Assembly (NCBI GenBank): GCA_964558645.1
Contig: CAZLEV010000002.1
Span: 256,001-320,000 of the forward strand
Direction: 5' to 3'
From: an uncultured archaeon
GTDB lineage: Archaea > Asgardarchaeota > Thorarchaeia > Thorarchaeales > Thorarchaeaceae
Length of the DNA: 64,000 bases
In this document: one piece after another, positions 59,246-64,000 of the stretch
Numbering within the stretch: position 1 is the stretch's first letter
Layout of the letters: each line of letters starts with the position of its first letter
Program-made: the position numbers and the translations under genes
The notes under the pieces: generated by a model
Seen by the model: the letters and a program-made list of their open reading frames with translations, nothing else
The model's database searches: none
What the model was told of the DNA's origin: nothing

Positions 59246-61603
59246 TCATCTGAACACCGTTCTGGCAATGACTTCATCCTGAACGAATGGATCGAGTTCA
59301 ATGAAATATGCACTATATCCTGCTACACGAACAATGAGGTCTCTATGCTGTAATGGGTTGATTTTCGCATCCTCGAGGGTTTCTCTAGAAACCACATTGA
59401 ATTGCACATGGAAGGCCCCCATCCTGAAGTAGGCATCTATCATTCCTGCGAACTTCTCTCTTCTCGTCTCAGTACTGAAGAACTCAGGAATGAATTTCAT
59501 GTTGCAAAGGGTTCCGTTGTAGCATAGTCTGTGATTCAGTCTGGCCACTGATTTCATGGCCGCCGTTGGACCATTCACGTCTCGATTCTGGGTCGGTGAA
59601 ACTCCATCAGACAGCATATGTCCTGCATGTCTACCGTCTGGTGTGGCCCCCACTACCTCTCCCTGTGGGATATACATTGACACCGAGAAAAGAGCGCCAT
59701 GGTAGCCGCCATCACGCGTTGTCGGGCGCCTTTGAATTGCGTCGCAGAACACTTCTCCTGTGCGGCGAGCAAGTAAATCTACTCGCTCTATGTCGTTACC
59801 GTACTTCTCTGGGTCATTCTCAAGTTTCAAACGAAGCGTTTCTTGGCCCTCATAGTCATTGGAGAGAACTTTCAGGAGACTCGCCATCGGAATCTCCCCA
59901 GTTTCGAAGATGAATTTTCGAAGTACCTGTAGGGAGTCAGCGACGATGGCTATTCCCACACCCATAATTCCTCCAGAGTTGTACTTGGCACCGCCTTCCT
60001 GCATTGTCTTACCTTTCTCGAAACAGCCTTCAAGCAGGCTGGAGATAAATGGCGTTGGGACATTCTCTAGATGAATGCCGGCTGCAACTCTGTCTGCACG
60101 CGTAAGTAACTCAATAGCATGGTCAACCTGCTTCTCAAACGCCTTCCAAAGATCATCGAAGCTGCTGAAATCTACAGGATCCCCCGTTTCAAGTCCCACC
60201 TGCATGTTGGTTCTCGGATCTCTCCCGTTGTTAAGTGTGACTTCAAGAATCTTGGGCAGATTGACGTAGCCGATGTTCTGCCTTGAATCTGTCTTTCCTC
60301 CGATTATCGGCTCAACACAACCGAGTATCGAATAGTCATGAACCTCATCTTCGTCTGTGCCCTTGTCCCGCATGGTTTCCATTATTGCCTCGTCGTTGAA
60401 GAGACCTGGCATCCCTAGGCCCTCTACAATTACCTCAACCACCTTCATCTTGAGGGCTTCTGGGGTATTGCTGTGCCATCTGAAAGAAACAGTCGGCTGT
60501 GTCACCCTTATGTTAGCCGTTGCCTCAAGGACCAGCTCTGTCAGGCTGTTTGAGGCATCTCTTCCGCTCGAATCTTGGCCTCCGATTGTGAGGTTCTGGA
60601 ACATCGGGTGTCCTGCAAAGGCCACGCTGTAGTATTCGTCTCTCAGTTTGATAAGCGAGGTGAACTTCACCCACAGCATCTCGAGGAGCTCAAGCGCATC
60701 GTTTCTCGAGAACCTCTTTGCTTTGATGCCTGCTTCGTAGTAAGGAATCATATATTGGTCAAATCTACCTGTAGATATAGAGTGTCCATTTGATTCGGTC
60801 TGGACAAGAAGATGAATGAACCAGAATGACTGCAGAGCTTCGTGGAAAGTATCAGCCGGATGGGCAGGTACCTTTCTGCATATCCGAGCAATCTCGTTCA
60901 GTTCTTTCCTGCGATTGGCGTCAGTTTCGTCATCTGCCATCTTCGAGGCTAGTTCTGCGAAACGATGCGCGAACCTGATGACCGCTTCATAAGTCACCTT
61001 GACTGCTTCATAGAAACCAGGGGGCTCTTCTTCCAAGTCATACGATTCGAGCTTGGTTTCAGCCTGCCGAAGTATTCCCAAAAGTCCCTCATTCAGGACT
61101 CGCTGATAATCTACTATGACGTGTCCTATTCCAGTACCTGGAGCACCGATGGTGAACAGGCCTGCCTTCGATGACTTTAACGATTCTTCAGGCATGCGAA
61201 TCGAGGCTATCTCTGCCGTGCTGCGACCCTTCCAGAACTTGAAGACCTTTCGGAGTTTCTTCTTGTCTTCCCTGCCAATCTGAAATCTCTCGGTTCTTCT
61301 TCTATTGAAACGGTCTAGCTCATTTTCTATCCATTTCCAGCTGTATTCCGGGAAGACCTGGCACGATCTCGGGGTTGGCCCCATGTTTCCGACGATGAGT
61401 TCCTCTGGCTCGATTCTAATTGTCATGTTGTCTAGAACATATGCAAAGGCCCCAGAAAGACGCCGAATCGGTGGTTCGTCGAGGTGTGATTCGATGTATT
61501 CCGTGAAAAGGAATGCTCTCTCGGATGAGATTGTAGGCTCTGAAGCAAGCATCCGCTCCTTCATTCTCATTGTTCGCGAGGTCATTATACGTATGCTCCG
61601 CAT
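59246..61603 (-). CDS. Glycyl radical enzyme (diol-dehydratase-like/PFL2 group)
   Basis: GCVEP active-site loop, RVAGY glycyl motif, ESNGHSIS, FQNLTIGGQ. Confidence 0.92.
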   Translation of the reverse strand: MRSIRIMTSRTMRMKERMLASEPTISSERAFLFTEYIESHLDEPPIRRLSGAFAYVLDNMTIRIEPEELIVGNMGPTPRSCQVFPEYSWKWIENELDRFNRRRTERFQIGREDKKKLRKVFKFWKGRSTAEIASIRMPEESLKSSKAGLFTIGAPGTGIGHVIVDYQRVLNEGLLGILRQAETKLESYDLEEEPPGFYEAVKVTYEAVIRFAHRFAELASKMADDETDANRRKELNEIARICRKVPAHPADTFHEALQSFWFIHLLVQTESNGHSISTGRFDQYMIPYYEAGIKAKRFSRNDALELLEMLWVKFTSLIKLRDEYYSVAFAGHPMFQNLTIGGQDSSGRDASNSLTELVLEATANIRVTQPTVSFRWHSNTPEALKMKVVEVIVEGLGMPGLFNDEAIMETMRDKGTDEDEVHDYSILGCVEPIIGGKTDSRQNIGYVNLPKILEVTLNNGRDPRTNMQVGLETGDPVDFSSFDDLWKAFEKQVDHAIELLTRADRVAAGIHLENVPTPFISSLLEGCFEKGKTMQEGGAKYNSGGIMGVGIAIVADSLQVLRKFIFETGEIPMASLLKVLSNDYEGQETLRLKLENDPEKYGNDIERVDLLARRTGEVFCDAIQRRPTTRDGGYHGALFSVSMYIPQGEVVGATPDGRHAGHMLSDGVSPTQNRDVNGPTAAMKSVARLNHRLCYNGTLCNMKFIPEFFSTETRREKFAGMIDAYFRMGAFHVQFNVVSRETLEDAKINPLQHRDLIVRVAGYSAYFIELDPFVQDEVIARTVFR

Positions 61604-61633
61604 TTCGGTTAATCGTTCTTCGCATATGTTCGA

Positions 61634-62803
61634 CTACTTGAGCAGGGTGGGGAGGTACTTCTCGAGCTTGGCCAAGGCCTCGTCTATTTTTTCGGTTGAC
61701 ACAGCATAGCAGAGACGTAGGAAACCTTCGCCATGGCCTCCAAAAGCAGAACCATGAACTGTAACTACTCCAGTTTCCTCAAGAATCTTCAATACTAAAT
61801 CGTAGGATTTCATACCATAGGCTGAAACATCCGGAAAGACATAGAATGCACCACCGGGTGGGTCTATCTCAACCCCCTCTATTGATGCAAGATTCCGAGT
61901 GATAAGATTCCTTCTCTTTCGGAAGGTTGAGATCATCTTGTCTACGCAGTCTTGAGATCCACTCACGGCTGCCTTGGCTGCTTTCTGTGATATACTCGTT
62001 GGCATGGAGAGTATATGCTCCTGAAGCTTGACCATTGCTTGGATGATGTCCTCTGGACCGGTACAGGCGCCTATTCTCCACCCCGTCATTGCGTAACTCT
62101 TTGAGAGCGAGAAGATAGAGATTACTCTCTCCTTCATCTCTGGAATGGATCCAATAAAAAGGGGTTCGGGGCTATCATAAATGAACTTCTCGTATGCTTC
62201 GTCTGAAATAACATAGATATCGTTCTCCAAGCATAAGTCTGCAATTCTTCTGATTTCCTTGTTGCTAGTGACCCCTCCGGTAGGGTTGTTTGGGGAGTTG
62301 AGGACGAGTAGCTTTGTCCTCTCAGTGAGTCGGCTCGCGATATCTTCAGCAAGCATCCCAAATCCGTGCTCCTTTCTCAGAGGAACGACAACTGGCTTCC
62401 CCTGGGCGAGTGCCGCGTGCGCAAAATGGCTGACAAATCCAGGGTCGGGATAGAGAACCTCGTCTCCAGGATCGACTAAGACAAGATTCGCAAGAACAAG
62501 CGCCCCCATTCCTCCTGCAGTCAACATGATATCTGTGACCGGATCGGCGTCTATTCTGTTATCGCGTTTGAACTTCTCTGCCATAGCCTCCCTGACGTCC
62601 ATGTAGCCTGCATTGTGAGTGTATCGTGTGTATCCTTTATCTATGGCATCCTTGGCTGCTTCCTTTATGTGAGAGGGGGTGTCGAAGTCAGGGACACCTA
62701 GTGTCATATCGAGGACGTCTGGACGGTCTGCAATCATATTGAAAATTCTGCGAATTTCACTGGCAGGTACATATCTGTTTCTTTCTGCAAGCACTGACAT
62801 CAC
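61634..62803 (-). CDS. PLP-dependent aminotransferase class I/II (AspB-like)
   Basis: G.PDFDTP, NSPNNPTG, SDEAY, SLSKSYAMTGWRIG. Confidence 0.92.
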   Translation of the reverse strand: MMSVLAERNRYVPASEIRRIFNMIADRPDVLDMTLGVPDFDTPSHIKEAAKDAIDKGYTRYTHNAGYMDVREAMAEKFKRDNRIDADPVTDIMLTAGGMGALVLANLVLVDPGDEVLYPDPGFVSHFAHAALAQGKPVVVPLRKEHGFGMLAEDIASRLTERTKLLVLNSPNNPTGGVTSNKEIRRIADLCLENDIYVISDEAYEKFIYDSPEPLFIGSIPEMKERVISIFSLSKSYAMTGWRIGACTGPEDIIQAMVKLQEHILSMPTSISQKAAKAAVSGSQDCVDKMISTFRKRRNLITRNLASIEGVEIDPPGGAFYVFPDVSAYGMKSYDLVLKILEETGVVTVHGSAFGGHGEGFLRLCYAVSTEKIDEALAKLEKYLPTLLK

Positions 62804-62907
62804 CGGCGGTGAGGGGAATGTCTGGCGGTTTATATAAGCTCTCTAATGTACAAGTTCACTTTAACAGACAGCGGCATTTTTCAGAGGAGATTTAAGACCG
62901 TCTAGAC

Positions 62908-63423
62908 ATGACAGATTTGGATGTGAGTTCTATGGATGAACCGACGGCGGATGTTGTTCGGAAGACAAACATGGCCACGCTGGCAAGCGCACACGTAGTC
63001 TATATTGAAACCTTCAGGAAGGTCATGGGAAAGAAGGGTCTTGAGGCTATAGGAGAGGAGAATCGGCTTCATGGTGTCAGTCTGGGCAAGGCAGCACTGG
63101 CGGGCGGCTCTCTACGGAAGGGCGACCTCATATCCATCTTTGAGATGTTCAGAGATGCCTATCCGTATTTTGGATTCGAGCTCAGCGTGTCTGATCATGA
63201 TGATAATCGACTTGATCTCAAGGTTACGAAGTGCCCATGGATTGAAACCTTCAAGAGCATGAGCGCAGCTGATGACATCTGCAAATGGGTAACAAAGACT
63301 GACGAGGGTATAGCACAAGCCGTAGATCCCTCCTTGAAGATGACTCTTCCGAGGTGCATGATGAGAGGGGACAACCACTGCATCTACAGATGGCAAAAGC
63401 AAGAGGGTGAGTGGCACCAATGA
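62908..63423 (+). CDS. ATC-hydrolase/V4R-like protein
   Basis: VTKCPW, C....D, CMMRGD.HC.Y. Confidence 0.75.
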   Translation: MTDLDVSSMDEPTADVVRKTNMATLASAHVVYIETFRKVMGKKGLEAIGEENRLHGVSLGKAALAGGSLRKGDLISIFEMFRDAYPYFGFELSVSDHDDNRLDLKVTKCPWIETFKSMSAADDICKWVTKTDEGIAQAVDPSLKMTLPRCMMRGDNHCIYRWQKQEGEWHQ

Positions 63424-64000
63424 CTAACAGGAGTGACTCCATTCTGCAGCGAACTCTCAAGCTCTACGTTGCGGCTGTTTCAGATGCTGCTGATGAGGTG
63501 GGTTTGGATGGAGTCTGTATGGACCGCGGCATAGTTCCTCTTACAGAGAACCGGAGGATGGCGGGGTTCGCCAGAACTGGCCGCATGGTCAGGTCTCCGG
63601 AGGACAGACCCTACGACGAGCGGCAGCTCGATACCTTCATGAGTTTGGCAACCAAAGCTAGGGATGGAGATCTAATTTCCATAGATACGGGCGGTGCAAT
63701 AGACTGCTCTGCTTGGGGCCAAGTTCTCACACGGATTGGGCAAACCTGTGGTGTCAGAGGGGCGCTGGTCGAAGGGACGTCTCGTGACATTGACGACATT
63801 AACAGGATGCACTTCCCAGTGTTTGCCAGAGGTCGTCATCCAGGCACTATGCGCGGTCGTCTGGATATGGAGTCGGTGAATGAGCCTATTGTTTGCGGGG
63901 GCGTGCTCATTCATCCGGGAGACCTGATCTTTGGTGACGGTGACGGCGTCGTTGTTATCCCCGCAGATTCCATAGAGGATGTGCTCACGCACGCTGAGAA
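63420..64000 (+). CDS. RraA/HMG-aldolase family protein, truncated by the window end
   Basis: Read from ATG 63420: AAVSDA, AWGQVL, G.SRD, FPVFARG, PGDLIFGDGDGVVVIP. Confidence 0.88.
   Translation, partial: MTNRSDSILQRTLKLYVAAVSDAADEVGLDGVCMDRGIVPLTENRRMAGFARTGRMVRSPEDRPYDERQLDTFMSLATKARDGDLISIDTGGAIDCSAWGQVLTRIGQTCGVRGALVEGTSRDIDDINRMHFPVFARGRHPGTMRGRLDMESVNEPIVCGGVLIHPGDLIFGDGDGVVVIPADSIEDVLTHAE

Overview
Archaeal chromosomal segment. An Asgard (Thorarchaeia-like) origin is inferred from the archaeal uS19, a histone, and many secreted Ig-like proteins with Thr-rich linkers and C-terminal membrane anchors; it is not proven. Ordinary genes occupy ~1-20 kb (CPBP protease, ICMT-like, MscL, LarA, aminotransferase, Nth, heterodimeric ABC exporter, histone) and ~57.5-64 kb (KDPG aldolase, KDG kinase, glycyl-radical enzyme, aminotransferase, RraA-like). 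Between them, a short core block (etfA-etfB, DPM2-like, glmM/PMM, TPR, uS19; 33.8-39.1 kb) is flanked by two cassette arrays, each growing from the 3' end of a housekeeping gene, with no recognisable integrase in the window. (1) Downstream of uS19 (39.1-57.2 kb), displaced copies of the uS19 3' end recur, usually facing a 3' fragment of a 217-aa 'gene X'. These junctions separate cargo modules: a candidate nuclease defence operon, surface proteins, and a GC-rich triad of membrane HerA/VirB4-like ATPase, a giant acidic HTH-LAGLIDADG protein and intact gene X. The best-preserved uS19 copy is protein-identical but synonymously recoded. (2) Downstream of etfA (~21.7-33.8 kb), four displaced etfA 3' fragments and a conserved ~43-nt non-coding motif separate modules of surface proteins, including two secreted caspase-fold proteases each paired with a membrane-anchored partner. 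The repeats are seen directly in the sequence; the mechanism (homing-endonuclease-driven 3'-end replacement) is inference. Other points: a ~200-nt structured ncRNA candidate, a seemingly permuted MscL, and a possible new glycyl-radical catabolic pathway. No rRNA, tRNA or CRISPR array was recognised. All family calls are from motif recognition, not database searches.
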